Below, in pieces: positions 1-12,938 of a stretch of DNA of 64,000 nt. Where the stretch lies: positions 274,117 to 338,116 of the forward strand of contig NW_021832375.1 of assembly GCF_006345805.1 (NCBI RefSeq), written 5' to 3'. The notes beneath the pieces were generated by a model, which was not told the origin of the DNA, did no database searches, and saw nothing but the letters and a program-made list of their open reading frames with translations. Position 1 is the first letter of the stretch, and every line of letters begins with the position of its first letter. Source of the stretch: Octopus sinensis. Lineage: Eukaryota. The translations under genes were made by a program, and so were the position numbers.

Positions 1-129
1 GCAGTAGTAGCTGTAGCATTTTAAAGATAGCATTTCACCCATATTATCTACCAGTGAGTGAGTTGTACTGCTTTAAGAATACTCCTGTAAGTCGGAGAAC
101 GACTTAGAAGGGAAGGCAAATATTTCTTT

Positions 130-320
130 ACTGCCCACAAGGGGCTAAACATAGAGGGATCAAACAAGGACAGACAAAGGGATTAAGTCGATTACATCGT
201 CCCCGAAAGGATGAAAGGCAAAGTCGACCTCGGTGGAACTTGAACTCAGAACGTAACGGCAGACGAAATACGGCTATGCATTTCGCCCGGCGTGCTAACG
301 TTTCTGCCAGCTCGCCGCCT
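130..320 (-). mobile_element. tRNA-derived octopus-type SINE (family B), partial
   Basis: Reverse complement reads AGGCGGCGAGCTGGCAGAAACGTTAGCACGCCGGGCG (A box) ... GTTCTGAGTTCAAGTTCC (B box) ... GAGGTCGACTTTGCCTTTCATCCTTTCGGGG. Related pieces lie near 15520-15640, 36160-36330, 36480-36612 and 56900-57060. Confidence 0.75.
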
Positions 321-529
321 CGAGGGCAGGCAAATAACCATGATGTTAATAGTGCTTTTGGATCCACTAAGTTACAAAATTGTTCCCAGATAGAGGTTCT
401 CTTATATCAGAAGGATTGCGTCCCCATCCCCATTGATATTTTGTACAATATATGCCCATTAACATTTACATGCATACATACATACGCCCATGCATCTTTA
501 CATACATATGCACACGCCCACATACATAC

Positions 530-613
<84 letters not shown>

Positions 614-898
614 TTGTGTGTGTATGCGTACAGATTCGCATTCATGTATATACATACAAACACCTGCATATATGGATAGATATTAACCGATAGATAGAAT
701 AATAAATACTAGCGGGATATCTGCTGCTACCCGCACAAAACTTAAATTAGTGGCCAGCTTTTTGAAAATAAATCGTTGTATTTTTGCTTTCTATTTTTGT
801 AAGCACAACGTTTATATTCGGTTGAAAAACATATTAAAATATTATAGTTAGTAAAACAATTATCAACTCCTTATTTCACGATTTAGAACACTAATTTT

Positions 899-1317
899 GG
901 ATCTCTTCGGTTTGAACGGCAGTTTTTCTAGCGGTGTCATATGAAATTGTCACCCATAATTATGACCCTAGAATCGATCTATTGCATTTCAATCTCTTTT
1001 AGGGTTAGGGTTAGGGTTAGGGGTGGGGGAAGGGCATCTTTTTTCTTCAAAAATGTAAATAAACCCAATCTGTTTCTTAAACGAGGGACATATTCATACG
1101 GCACAGAATGCTTTTTAACTCAATAGACGTCAGTGATTGGTTGAAATTGCAGAAATTGAAGAAAAACAACAACAAATATCTTACAAACTATAGAATTTTC
1201 TCAATAAAACGAAGAGAAAAAGATGTTTTATAAACACATTCTACCAGTATACGAAGTTTAAAATTTTTTAGTTACCTAGAAATTATGTAAAAACTGCCGT
1301 TCCAACCGAAAAGATCC
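899..1317. mobile_element. MITE, Merlin-like (GG-terminal TIRs, 8-bp TSD), with internal (TTAGGG)4
   Basis: ~29-bp TIRs GGATCTCTTCGGTTTGAACGGCAGTTTTT / AAAAACTGCCGTTCCAACCGAAAAGATCC; flanks CTAATTTT / CTAATTGT; second copy at 11175-11612. Confidence 0.8.
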
Positions 1318-1835
1318 CTAATTGTACAATGGTGCGAATCACTTTCACAAATTTAAGTGTCCCTCGAGTATCATAATAAAGAACATGATGAAGTAATACA
1401 ACAGGGTGACATAAAAGAGTGACTTAAAGACCGAGTCAAACTTGAAAAAAATATTTGAAATGAACGGCGGCTTCGCTATAAAATCAAATTCGTGAAAAAT
1501 AATGACAAAATTAAAGCGTTATTAAAATGTGTTTTAGTATTAGTTAACAAAAAGTTTGACGTAACATAATAGATTTTTTAACTCTTCAAGGAAACGGAAA
1601 ACATTTCACCATTTTCATAATCGGCATTACCTTCATTTTTAGTTGTCTGCGATTCTTAATTTGTAGGATAGTAGGTTGCAGTAAACAAAAATGTAAAAAA
1701 ACATGCCATGTGGTGAACCTTGACCAGGATGTATCAAATTCCAATAGCGAAAATAACTACGGGAAAGATAATGAGAGCATGAAAAAGTTTAATTCTCGAA
1801 TATTAAAGAAAACGAAGGATTTAAAGTTATTTCTT

Positions 1836-2039
1836 TCACTGTTTAATGCAAAAATATACAGGTCCAAATAAAAGAGACCCTGAATGAAAATGTACACTGT
1901 TTTGTGAATATTTGTTTCTTAACTTTCGACTGAATTGAGAAATATTAGAAAAATATCTCTCTACTGCTACAATTGAGCAAATAGTCAAAGAGGGAGGAGA
2001 CAATTGAGCGAAGAAGACAGGGTTACGAATATTTCCCAA
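1836..2039 (-). pseudogene. possible degenerate hAT-like transposase C-terminal fragment
   Basis: LSPPSLTICSIVAVERYFS resembles the hAT dimerisation motif (S..VERSFS). No other support. Confidence 0.3.
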
Positions 2040-2524
2040 TTGAATTAAGACATTTAGTGTAGGATCCTAAATATTTTGATGATTTTTTTATGTGTGATGT
2101 AATGCAGAATAGTCGAAATTTTGAAAGGCATTTTTAAGTATTCTTCGTTCTATTTTGAATCTGAAAAAGACAGGCGTTCTGTCGAAATATTGCTCACTTC
2201 AATAGACAGTCAATGTGTTTTATTATATATCGCAGTTCATCATTCAATTTTCTTCTTCTTCTTCTTCTTCTTCTTCTAAGTTCGGGGTGTTGCACCAAAC
2301 ATCGCTAGATCGTGATTTCAATTCCTAGTCCGGGTAATAATGTGTTGTTTTCTGGAGCAAAATAATTCATCTCGTATCGACCTGCGATCACTTCAACACC
2401 TGACGCGTGGCACACTGCGCATGTTCAGACAACGTCGATTTGATGGAAAGAAGAGCTGATATGCGGCACGAGCATTTGACCACTATAAACAAAACATTTG
2501 TGTTCATACATCGTCTTGAGCCAA

Positions 2525-2599
<75 letters not shown>

Positions 2600-2622
2600 G
2601 TTATTGTTATTATTATTATTAT
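2525..2622. repeat. (TAT)n microsatellite
   Basis: Direct reading. Further (TAT)/(CAT) tracts at 3110-3333 and 4800-4867. Confidence 0.95.
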
Positions 2623-3241
<619 letters not shown>

Positions 3242-3267
3242 TATTATTATCATTATTATTATTATTA

Positions 3268-3334
<67 letters not shown>

Positions 3335-3335
<1 letters not shown>

Positions 3336-4642
3336 TAGTTTTATTTTTATAGCGTGCTTTCACTTCACTACCGAGCGCAGCTCTGTGTGCCTTGGGTATG
3401 TGCTGTGATTTGTTGTGATGCTCTGATGGTTATTGTATGGAAAGTGTTCTGCGTAGGATGTGTGCAGTGCCTAGTAGTGCAATTTTCTGTATGTTATATG
3501 TGTTTGTAAGTCCTGGTGTTTTTGTTATGTATTTGTCTGAATATTTTTTTATCATGCCTAATGCACCTACTATGATAGGAATTGTTTCTGTTTTCAGATT
3601 CCACATTCTAGTTACCTCTATTTCCAGGTCTTTGTATTTTGAGAGTTTCTCCATTTCTTTTAGAGACACGTTGTCATCTGCCGGTATTGATACATCAATT
3701 AGAAAGCATTTTTTTTCTTCATGATCTCTGACAACTATATCTGGTCTGTTGGCCTTAATTTCTCTATCTGTGTGTATCGGCATATCCCAGAGTATGGTTG
3801 CTTTCTCGTTTTCTGTGACCTTTTCTAGTGTGTGCCTATACCATCTTTTTTCTGTTGTTATTCCATAATGTTGGCATAGCTTCCAATGTATGTAGGTTCC
3901 AACTCTGTCATGTCTGTGAATATATTCCTTCTTAGCCAGGACTGGGCAGCTAGAGATAATATGATTTATTGTTTCTTGTCCATCTCCACATATTCTGCAT
4001 TTACTTGTAATATTTCTTTTCATTACATGTTTTTGGTAATTTCTGGTGGGGAGGCTTTGGTCTTGTGCTGCAATTAAAAATCCCTCTGTTTCTGCTTTGA
4101 GTCCTGAGCTTCTCAACCATTGCTGGGATTTTTCTTTGTCTATTTCTTTTGCCTTTAGTTTAGTCCAGTATTTACCATGAAGGGGCTTTTCTTGCCATCG
4201 TTTTATCATGTTTCGTTGCTGTTCTATTTTTAGTTTGGATTTCATTTGTTTTATAGCTTTTGTTGTTTCTTCATCTTCTTCTTCTTCTTCTTCGTGTTTA
4301 TTAGGTGGTATGATTTCTTGTTTGTCAGCTTCCTTAAATATTGAGAACAGTTTTTTGTTTTGCTCGTGTTTTGCTGCTATCTGGATCAGTTTTCCTTCCT
4401 TCTGAAGTAGATATTTTTGCAGTCCTATGGTGGTTATTTTATAGTAGTTTTCCAGCTGTATAAGGCCTCTACCACCTTCTAGACGTTGTATATATAGTCT
4501 TTCTATGTCAGATTTTGGGTGATGCATCCTAGATCCTGTCATTATTTTTCTTGTTTTCCTATCTATTTTGGTCAGTTCATTTCGTGTCCAGTTAAGGATA
4601 TTGTAGCTGTAACTTATAACTGGGACAGCTAAAGTGTTGATC
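3335..4642 (-). mobile_element. R4/Dong-clade non-LTR retrotransposon, 5'-truncated (RT C-terminus, CCHC finger, RLE endonuclease)
   Basis: ORF 3430-4542 has CRICGDGQETINHIISSC (CCHC), RHD, RPDIVV...LIDVSIP and EK..KYKDL motifs of RLE-type LINEs; the 3' UTR runs into (AAT)n. Confidence 0.9.
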
Positions 4643-4798
4643 TAACTCGTCTATAATATTCTTTTTTTATTTTCTCTTTCATTTGTGTGTGTTGTGTCTT
4701 ATCTAGTTCATGGATTCCTAAGTATTTGTAAGTTTGACTTTGGTCTAATTCTTTTATTTCATTGGTTTTATCTAGTGTGATGTTGTTACTCTTAACTA

Positions 4799-4867
<69 letters not shown>

Positions 4868-4870
<3 letters not shown>

Positions 4871-5283
4871 TAGGCTTATTTTTATCACGTGCTTTCACTG
4901 TATTACCGAGCGCAGCTCTATGTTCATTGGATATGTGTTGTGGTTTATTACGGTGTTCTTATCTTCACTGTATTGAAAGTGTTTTACGTAGGATGTGTGC
5001 GGTGCCTAGTGGTGTTATTTTCTGTATGTTATATATACTTGTTAGTCCTGGTGTTTTTGTTATGTATTTGTCTGAATATTTTCTTTTATTATACCTAATG
5101 CACCTACTATGATAGGAATTGTTTTTTTTTTGTTTTTAGACTCCGCATTCGAGTTACCTCTAATTCCAGATAATTGTATTTTGAAAGTTTCTCCGTTCCT
5201 TTTAGAGAAACGTTGTCATCTGTTGCTATCGATACATCGATTAGAAAGCATTTTTTTTTCTTTATTATAGCTTTTGAACTAAG
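4868..5283 (-). mobile_element. second, more decayed R4/Dong 3' fragment
   Basis: Aligns by eye with 3335-3720 (IVGALG/TAHILRRT region and 3' UTR), with indels. Confidence 0.85.
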
Positions 5284-5366
5284 TTAAGATTTTCTTCTTA
5301 TCCTATAGCCTTGTAATTTCCTTAAAATAACACCACTAGGCACCGCACACATCCTACGTAAAATAC

Positions 5367-5737
5367 AGGCGCAGGAGTGGCTGTGTGGTAAGTAGCTTGC
5401 TAACCAACCACACGGTTGCGGGTTCAGTCCCACTGCGTGGCATCTTGGGCAAGTGTCTTCTGCTATAGCCCCGGGCCGACCAATGCCTTGTGAGTGGATT
5501 TGGTAGATGGAAACTGAAAGAAGCCTGTCGTATATATGTATATATATGTGTATATGTGTGTGTGTTTGTGTGTCTGTGTTTGTCTCCCTAGCATTGCTTG
5601 ACAACCGATGCTGGTGTGTTTAGGTCCCCGTCACTTAGCGGTTCGGCAAAAGAGACCGATAGAATAAGTACTAAAAAGGTGGTGCTCCAGCATGGCCGCA
5701 GTCAAATGACTGAAACAAGTAAAAGAGTAAAAGAGTA
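5367..5737 (+). mobile_element. tRNA-derived octopus-type SINE (family A), full length
   Basis: GGCGCAGGAGTGGCTGTGTGGTAAG (A box), GGTTCAGTCCC (B box), central TA/TG microsatellite, AAAAGAG tail. Confidence 0.9.
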
Positions 5738-6157
5738 ACCTAAATTTACTAGTGTGACGGAGGTGGGATCGTAGATATCAGGTAACAACATTTAGTGAAA
5801 ACACTGGGAGTAGTAAGGCCATGTAGTTGCTATTGTTAACGTTACACCCAGCAATGTGTGTCATTAACAGGCACACTGTTATCGCAGCAAGGGTTTGTAA
5901 TGGATACGCATCGTCAATAGGCAGGTAGTATCACTATGGCAAAAAAGGAGTGCAAGTAAATACAATACAGAGATACTGCTGCTGCTGTTGTTGCTGATGG
6001 TGTTTAGCCCCAAGTCATCTCTTTATCGAATGAAAGGCGTTGAAGTGAGACCATTCCGTCCCCCTTTAATGAGCAGGGTGTGATCTGAATGAAATGTGGT
6101 TGGTATTTCTAGGTAGTCGAATGACCACATAGATGCCTACCTCAAATTACAATTGCC

Positions 6158-6600
6158 GTTGTTGTTGCTGTTGCTGTTGCTGTTCCTGCTGATGTTGCTG
6201 TTGCTGTTGAGCGAAGCGGTCTTCGTCATAGAGCTCGCAAGATCGCGTCTCAGGATTGTCTATAGTGGGAGAAGTCCGAAACGTGGTACTTTGCTATTCG
6301 TAAGACCCGCAGAAGAGAAAGCAGGTCAACCCCCGACACCGAGAGCATCGACGGATGGATGAATGCGCATCCAGGCTCAGCGGTTGCGCAGGAAGTCGGG
6401 GACAAGAAACAGGAAGAAAGAGTGAGAGAGAAATTTGGAGCGAAAGAGTACAACAGGGGTCGCCACCACCCCCTGCCGGAGCCTCGTGGAGCTTTAGGTG
6501 TTTTCGCTCAATAAACACACACAACGCCCGGTCTGGGAATCGAAACCGCGGTCCTTCGACAGCGAGTCCGCTGCCCTAACCATCGGGCCATTGCGCCTCC
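6158..6600 (-). mobile_element. tRNA-derived SINE (family D) with (AAC/AGC)n tail
   Basis: Minus strand starts GGAGGCGCAATGGCCCGATGGTTAGGGCAGCGGACTCG...GGTTTCGATTCCC and ends in a CAACAG repeat. Confidence 0.7.
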
Positions 6601-6796
6601 ACTTGCCGTTGGTGTTGTCATTGTTGTTTAACCTAAACGCAGTCTGACCATCGTTTGAGAAGAATTGTAAATGGAACTCCAACGATGAGGAATTGTAATT
6701 GGATCCCTATTGGTTTTGACAATGAGGATTCTGTGGCTCGATCAACAGAATATTCAGCTCGTTAAATAGAGTGTAAGTGAATGAATATTCCACTGA

Positions 6797-6915
6797 CAGG
6801 AGTGGCTGTGTGGTAAGTAGCTTGTTTACCAACCACATGGTTCTGGGTTCAGTCCCACTGAAAACCAAAACCTTGTGAGTGGATTTGGTAGACGGAAACT
6901 GAAAGAAGCCCGCCG

Positions 6916-6960
<45 letters not shown>

Positions 6961-7172
6961 TTGTGTGTCTGTGTTTGTCCCCCCAACATCGCTTGACAAC
7001 CGATGCTGGTGTGTTTATGTCCCCGTTACTTAGCAGTTCGGCAAAAGGGACCGATAAAATAAGTACTGGGCTTACAAAAGAATAAGTCCCGGGGTCGAGT
7101 TGCTCGATTAAAGGCGGTGCTCCAGCATGGCTGCAGTCAAATGACTGAAACAAATAAGAGATAAAAGAGAGA
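6797..7172 (+). mobile_element. SINE family A
   Basis: Same head, body and tail as 5367-5737, with a small internal deletion. Confidence 0.9.
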
Positions 7173-7509
7173 GAATGACATGAAAACTTTTAACGTAATC
7201 CTGAAGTAGACTTTGGGTGGTGCCTGTGGCAGGTAAAGCTGTACGATTGGATTACTGGGTTGTCTCTAAAGATTTTCTATAAAATTCAGTGTCAGCACTG
7301 TAAGTTACACGTTTCGTAAACAAATACATCTAAGTAAATAATGCGATCGAAGACAGATAATCGGTATTTCGAGCATTGTCCTCTCATCGGTACCTCGTCC
7401 AGTTACCAGGGATGTGTTTAATATGCTAATTGGTCTATCCAGTGATATTACACTCCTAAAACTAGAAGGTATTTCAACAATGTGTTCGTGGATAGTGATA
7501 GGTTGAATG

Positions 7510-7556
7510 AGGTGCTGACGAGAGGACAATAATCTTCGAGATATTCATATACACCT
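7510..7556 (+). ncRNA. type I hammerhead ribozyme with an A13G core substitution
   Basis: Stem I AGGTG/CACCT, CTGACGA core, stem II GAGG/CTTC, GAGA in place of GAAA, stem III TAT/ATA, U-A cleavage dinucleotide. Confidence 0.65.
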
Positions 7557-8292
7557 ATACCTCTTTTTCTATCTTCGATTGCATTGTTTACACAGATGTA
7601 TTTATTTACGAAAGCCATAACAAACAGTGCTGGCATTGAATTCTATAAAAAAATCTATAGAGATAAACTTAAAATGAAATTAAAGCACTGTTAATACACA
7701 GTTTTGACTTAATAAATCTATACTATAACTAGTTGTGTATTAAGGTAACAAAACGAAATACTGTTGCCTTGTCAGCAATTGAATTTGAATTATAAAAATA
7801 TATTCTCCAGCTACGCCCATTCTCACACTCATACATAAGGCTCGAATCAATCTAAGGCAACAATAGAAAATACTTGACTAAGATATCAAGCAGTGGGGTC
7901 GAAACTAGAACCTTCTGATTATGAAGCAATCTTCTGAACCATTAGGCCATGCTGTGTTCACAAATGATGGACAACAATCAATGTTTCGTTTTCTTTTTCG
8001 GTACAGTGTAATGTGTTTCTAGGTGGAGCAAGCGAGAAGATACCCCACTTATTAAGCGAATGACTTTTAAAATTCAAGACAGTCCATTAAGACTTGATTC
8101 AAGCATTTTTTTAAAGGCCAGCTTTTACCTTTTTGATTTTTGATTTTTCCAGTTTCAGCTAATGAGCTGTGGCCATGCTGGGGCACCGCCTTATGTACTT
8201 TTTAAAAACTTGCTTTAATATAATTATTTTTTCGATTTGTTTTTGGACTTGTTTTAACAATTTGATTTATATTTTTAACTTTTAGCTTTAAC

Positions 8293-8636
8293 TTGTTTCA
8301 GGCAATAGACTGCGGCCATGTCGGAGCACCACCTTGAATAGTCCTTTTTCAGTCGAACGAATCGACCGCAGTACTTTTTTGTTAAGCCTGGTACTTATTC
8401 TATCGGGGTTTTGGCCGAATCGCTAAGTTACGGGGACGTAAACACACCAGTGACACACACACACACACATACACCGGGCTTCTTTCAGTTTCCGTCTCCT
8501 AAATCCACTTACAAGGCATTAGTCGGCCAAAGGCTATATAAGACATTTAATCAAGGTGCCACGCAGTGGGTCTGAACCCGGAACCATATGGTTGTGAAGC
8601 AAGCTTCTTACCACACAACCATCACGCCTGTGCCTA
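8293..8636 (-). mobile_element. SINE family A
   Basis: Reverse complement of the 5367 element. Confidence 0.85.
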
Positions 8637-9169
8637 TACACTCTGTTATCCAAAGTTGCTTTTCAGATATTTCAAAAATTCTCTTCAGGCGTTTATATGT
8701 GGTTGATTGACAACGTCGGACAAAAGAATTTGTGGTATAGTGTTACATTACTTTACGTCCAGTGTTCGAACAGCGCAGTGGTAGATCTTACTTTTCATTC
8801 TTTCAAGGTCGATGAATGTTAATTGCTAAAACAGAAGGGTCAATAAAATCACGTGCTCCCTACCGCCCCGAAAAGAAAAATTTTTGCGTTGTGCCAGTGT
8901 ATGAAATCATTATGAGTTTTTTTTTTTCTTTTAAATAATGTTCTTATATTTACTTTTTAAGACTTCTGTATATATACTAGCTTTTTTAAAGATGCTTTTA
9001 CGACTGACTTTTAAGGCGTTCAAGACTAGTTTTAACTAGTTCGGAATATTTGTTTTTAAGACTTGTTTTTAAGATTTCTGTTCATGATTTCTTTATTAAC
9101 ATTTTTATGATTTCATTTTGTGACATGATTTTATTTACGACATTTTTTTTATGGCGTGTTTTCTTAAGA

Positions 9170-9201
9170 TCTGTCTGTCTGTCTGTCTGTCTGTCTTTCT
9201 T

Positions 9202-9296
<95 letters not shown>

Positions 9297-9321
9297 GTCT
9301 GTCTGTCTGTCTGTCCTTCTT

Positions 9322-9368
<47 letters not shown>
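9170..9368. repeat. (TCTG)n/(TCTA)n compound microsatellite
   Basis: Direct reading. Similar tracts at 9746-9828 and 12650-12935. Confidence 0.95.
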
Positions 9369-9369
<1 letters not shown>

Positions 9370-9742
9370 ACAAAGTATGAGGGTTTAGTTCACAGGTATC
9401 TAAACGATTAGGTACGCTAGGTAAGTGCCGTAACAGATTACTAGGGCTCCAAGGTTGTAGGCCGAGACGATAGTTATGGCGCTATTGCAGATTTCCGATG
9501 CAGCGGATATATAATTGTTAAAGAGGACAACAAACGTTAAGGCAAGGCAAGCATCTCAAGTCATGTATGATATTATTAGTGGAAAAATTCAGAGTCTAAC
9601 AGAGTATGGGATATTCCGTCATCAGAGAGACGAATAGGGAAAATGAGGAGCGTATAGATTAATGAAATGACGACATAGAGGACAGGAGTAAAGAAATAAG
9701 GAGATGAAGAGAGAGAAGAAAAAAGAAGCATAAAAGTTCACA

Positions 9743-9828
<86 letters not shown>

Positions 9829-10089
9829 TTAGGAGCAGTGCTTCTCAACCACATGATTTTTGGTTCAATCCCATTGCGTGTTACCTTGGGCAAGTGTCTT
9901 CTACTGTAGCCTCGGGTCGATCAAAGCCTTAGTGAGTAGATTTCGGTGCTGGTGTTTACGTCCCAATAATTTAGCGGTTCGGCAAAGAAACCGATAAAAT
10001 AAGTATCAGGATTTAAAAGAATAAGTACTGGGTTCGATACATTCAACTAAGAAATTGTTAAAGACACTGCCCCAGAAGTAAAAGATTAT

Positions 10090-10417
10090 ATATATAGGAG
10101 ACTTCCCTTCAGTCATGAGATTGCACGTAGAAAGTTACCCCCCGAAGCACAAGTCTGGACAATGTTATTTTATAGAAGACCAGCAGTCGCCCATGCATAC
10201 CGGCCTCCCCTCTCCACACCACTGATGTTATCCAAAGCAAAGGCTGATGCAGCTTGGCACCTGTAACGTCGCAACTCATTTCTACAGCTGACTGAACTGG
10301 AGCAACGTGAAATAAAGTGTCTTGCTCAAGAACACAACACGCAGCCCGGTCCGGGATTCGAGCTCACAACCGCACGATCGTAAGCTTGACGCTCAAGCCA
10401 CTGAGCCATGCGCCTTC
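10090..10417 (-). mobile_element. tRNA-derived SINE (family C)
   Basis: Minus strand AAGGCGCATGGCTCAGTGGCTTGAGCGTC...GCTCGAATCCCGGACCGGG...TTGAGCAAGACAC; paralogue at 14597-14950. Confidence 0.85.
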
Positions 10418-11174
10418 ACTATTATATATATATTATATATATAATGTGATTATATGTATAAATGGCAAAATGTCTGTCTGTGTGTGTGTCCTTTATGCAA
10501 ATCCACGATTTTTCATTTAGAGGGCTCGCACTTTCTATGGTCATTGAAAACCGTCCAAGGGTGGTCATGCACATCTTTACATTTCTCCAGTCACCCTGCA
10601 AAGCCATTAAAAGATCAATAGAAGTGACTTTTTTGTGAATTTTCTATCCAAAACCCAATCAAAATGCCCGGAACTTGATACGCCAATTGAATGTCAGCTA
10701 GCTGTGATTGGTCGGAGATTTGGACTGTACTCGCGTGTATGTGCGCACGCACGCAGCTGTATATGCATGCACTAGCACTATGACCCGGCAAAATGAGCAA
10801 ATGACCATATGAGCGGCTCTGTTTAAAATTTTAAAGAATATCAGCATCTTCTTGGCCCCCTATAAAGCAACGCAAATTGGTAGCATCATTTGGACGTTTG
10901 ATCGAATACTATTAGTATTCTTTTCGACAGTCTGCGTTGTGAGTTCAACTATCTCACGAAATCGACAAATAATGTATCAGTTTATACTGGGGTCGATTCT
11001 TCTTTCTTAATCTCTCTGTCTTTCTCTCTCTCTCAGGGAAACTTGCTGTTTTCATACGTTATGAGAGATGGGCTCAGCCAAGTTTAAGACGCCCAAAGCA
11101 CACCATATGTCAAAGATGGCGGCCCTACGAATCTATTAAAACTTGATGGTCCAAAGAAAAACAGAAGTTTTGTA

Positions 11175-11612
11175 GGCTCTTTTCGGTTTGAACGGCAGTT
11201 TTTTCTAGCGGTGTCATATGAAATTGTCACCATAATTATGACCCTAGAATCGATCTATTGCATTTCAATCTGTTTTAGGGTTAGGGTTAGTTAGGGCTAG
11301 TTAGGGTTAGGGTTAGGGGTGGGGGAAGGGTATCTTTTTTCTTCAAAAATGTAAATAAACCCAATCTGTTTCTTAAACGAGGGACATATTCATAAGGCAC
11401 AGAATGCTTTTTAATTCAATAGACGTCAGTGATTGGTTGAAATTGCAGAAATTGAAGAAAAAAACAACAAATATCTTACAAACTATAGAATTTTCTCAAT
11501 AAAGCCAAGAGAAAAAGATGTTTTATGAACACATTCTACCAGTATACGAAGTTTAAAATTTTTTAGTTACCTAGAAATTATGTAAAAACTGCCGTTCAAA
11601 CTGAAAAGATCC
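11175..11612. mobile_element. MITE, Merlin-like, second copy, with expanded TTAGGG tract
   Basis: Same TIRs and body as 899-1317; flanks GTTTTGTA / GTTTTCTA (8-bp TSD, one mismatch). Confidence 0.8.
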
Positions 11613-11954
11613 GTTTTCTATCATAATTCTATCTATATTCAGGTTGTGTTTTAGGAATAGAAATCAACCCAGTACTTGACTTATTTGGGTGAAACAAAGT
11701 GATGTTCGTCTTCTAATTTATTTACGTTCATATCCAGGATTTATTACAGCAATATAAATAGACTGTTACTTAGTTTTATCAACTCCACCCCTCGGAAAAA
11801 ATAAAAGACAAACTTGATCTCATGGAAATTTGAACTCAGAACGTAGAGTGATCAGGTCAGAGACATTATTAAATTCTTGAATAAGGACAGTTTCTCGTTT
11901 ATTATTTTCTAGAGAAACAATAGGTTAGAAAATGCAAGAAGGAAAGGAGAATAT

Positions 11955-12480
11955 AACTGATTTGAAAGTTGTATGGCCTGATCTGGCTAATGCTTATTGT
12001 TCTATACCATAGAAATGGTTGATGGAAGCAATGAACGATTAATAGGAGATTAATGATCTGATGAGGAGCTGCTATAATGATTTCACAATGCGGTTCATCA
12101 CAGAAAATATTACAACAGACTGGCATCGTGTTGAGACAGGAATTTGAATAGCCGGAGGTTGACAATATGAGCCATTTGGTTTGAGATGGTTATGAGGATG
12201 TTACTTATATCAGCAGAAACGGCTCAAGTGAATTACAACAAGAAGGCATTCATGGATTACTTAATAATACTAAGGAGAGATCAGAAGGATATGCAAATAA
12301 TTCTGGTTAGACTGGATTAACTCATTATTTGGGCAAAAATGTGGTTTAAATCGAATAAGTAGTGCTGTCTATCGTTTGTAAATGATCAGCAGAAACAAGT
12401 AAAGCTACAAATAGCAGGAGAAATCATGCCAAAAGCTTGAAGACAATGGTACGATAGCTTGTTGAGAGACACGTCTTGAG
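11955..12480 (+). pseudogene. highly degenerate RLE-type LINE reverse transcriptase fragment
   Basis: DLKVVWPDLANAYCSIP resembles the W.DLANAYGS(V/I)P RT motif of R2/NeSL-like elements; many stops. Confidence 0.4.
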
Positions 12481-12661
12481 GAAATAGGATCAAGGCACAA
12501 ACTGTGATGGAGTTAAAATGAAAACATAATGCAAAATAAATTTGGCGCTTCCAGTTTGATTTTATCTCTGTCTTGCTTATATATTCTTGAGAGTCAGTAC
12601 TATTCCGGATATAATTCCTTTGCAGTAATATGTAAATGTACCTTCATAAATCTATCTATCT

Positions 12662-12766
<105 letters not shown>

Positions 12767-12796
12767 TATCTATCTATCTTTCTATCTATCTATCTT

Positions 12797-12861
<65 letters not shown>

Positions 12862-12864
12862 ATA

Positions 12865-12938
<74 letters not shown>

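Noticed and set aside
240-693. Many low-complexity ORFs (YIYI, CVCV, MYVC, LLLL, FFFF), here and at 34652-35973, 48074-48477 and 59757-62960
   Set aside because: They are translations of microsatellites and polypyrimidine tracts, not genes.
999-1034. Telomere-fusion scar
   Set aside because: The TTAGGG units are internal to a TIR element present twice with its own TSDs.
6525-6600. tRNA gene (also other A/B-box segments)
   Set aside because: The cloverleaf is incomplete, and each continues into a SINE body and tail.
11112-11130. YY1-type AAGATGGCGGC as the promoter of the propeller gene
   Set aside because: Isolated motif 7 kb upstream, followed by a stop, with no splice donor linking it.
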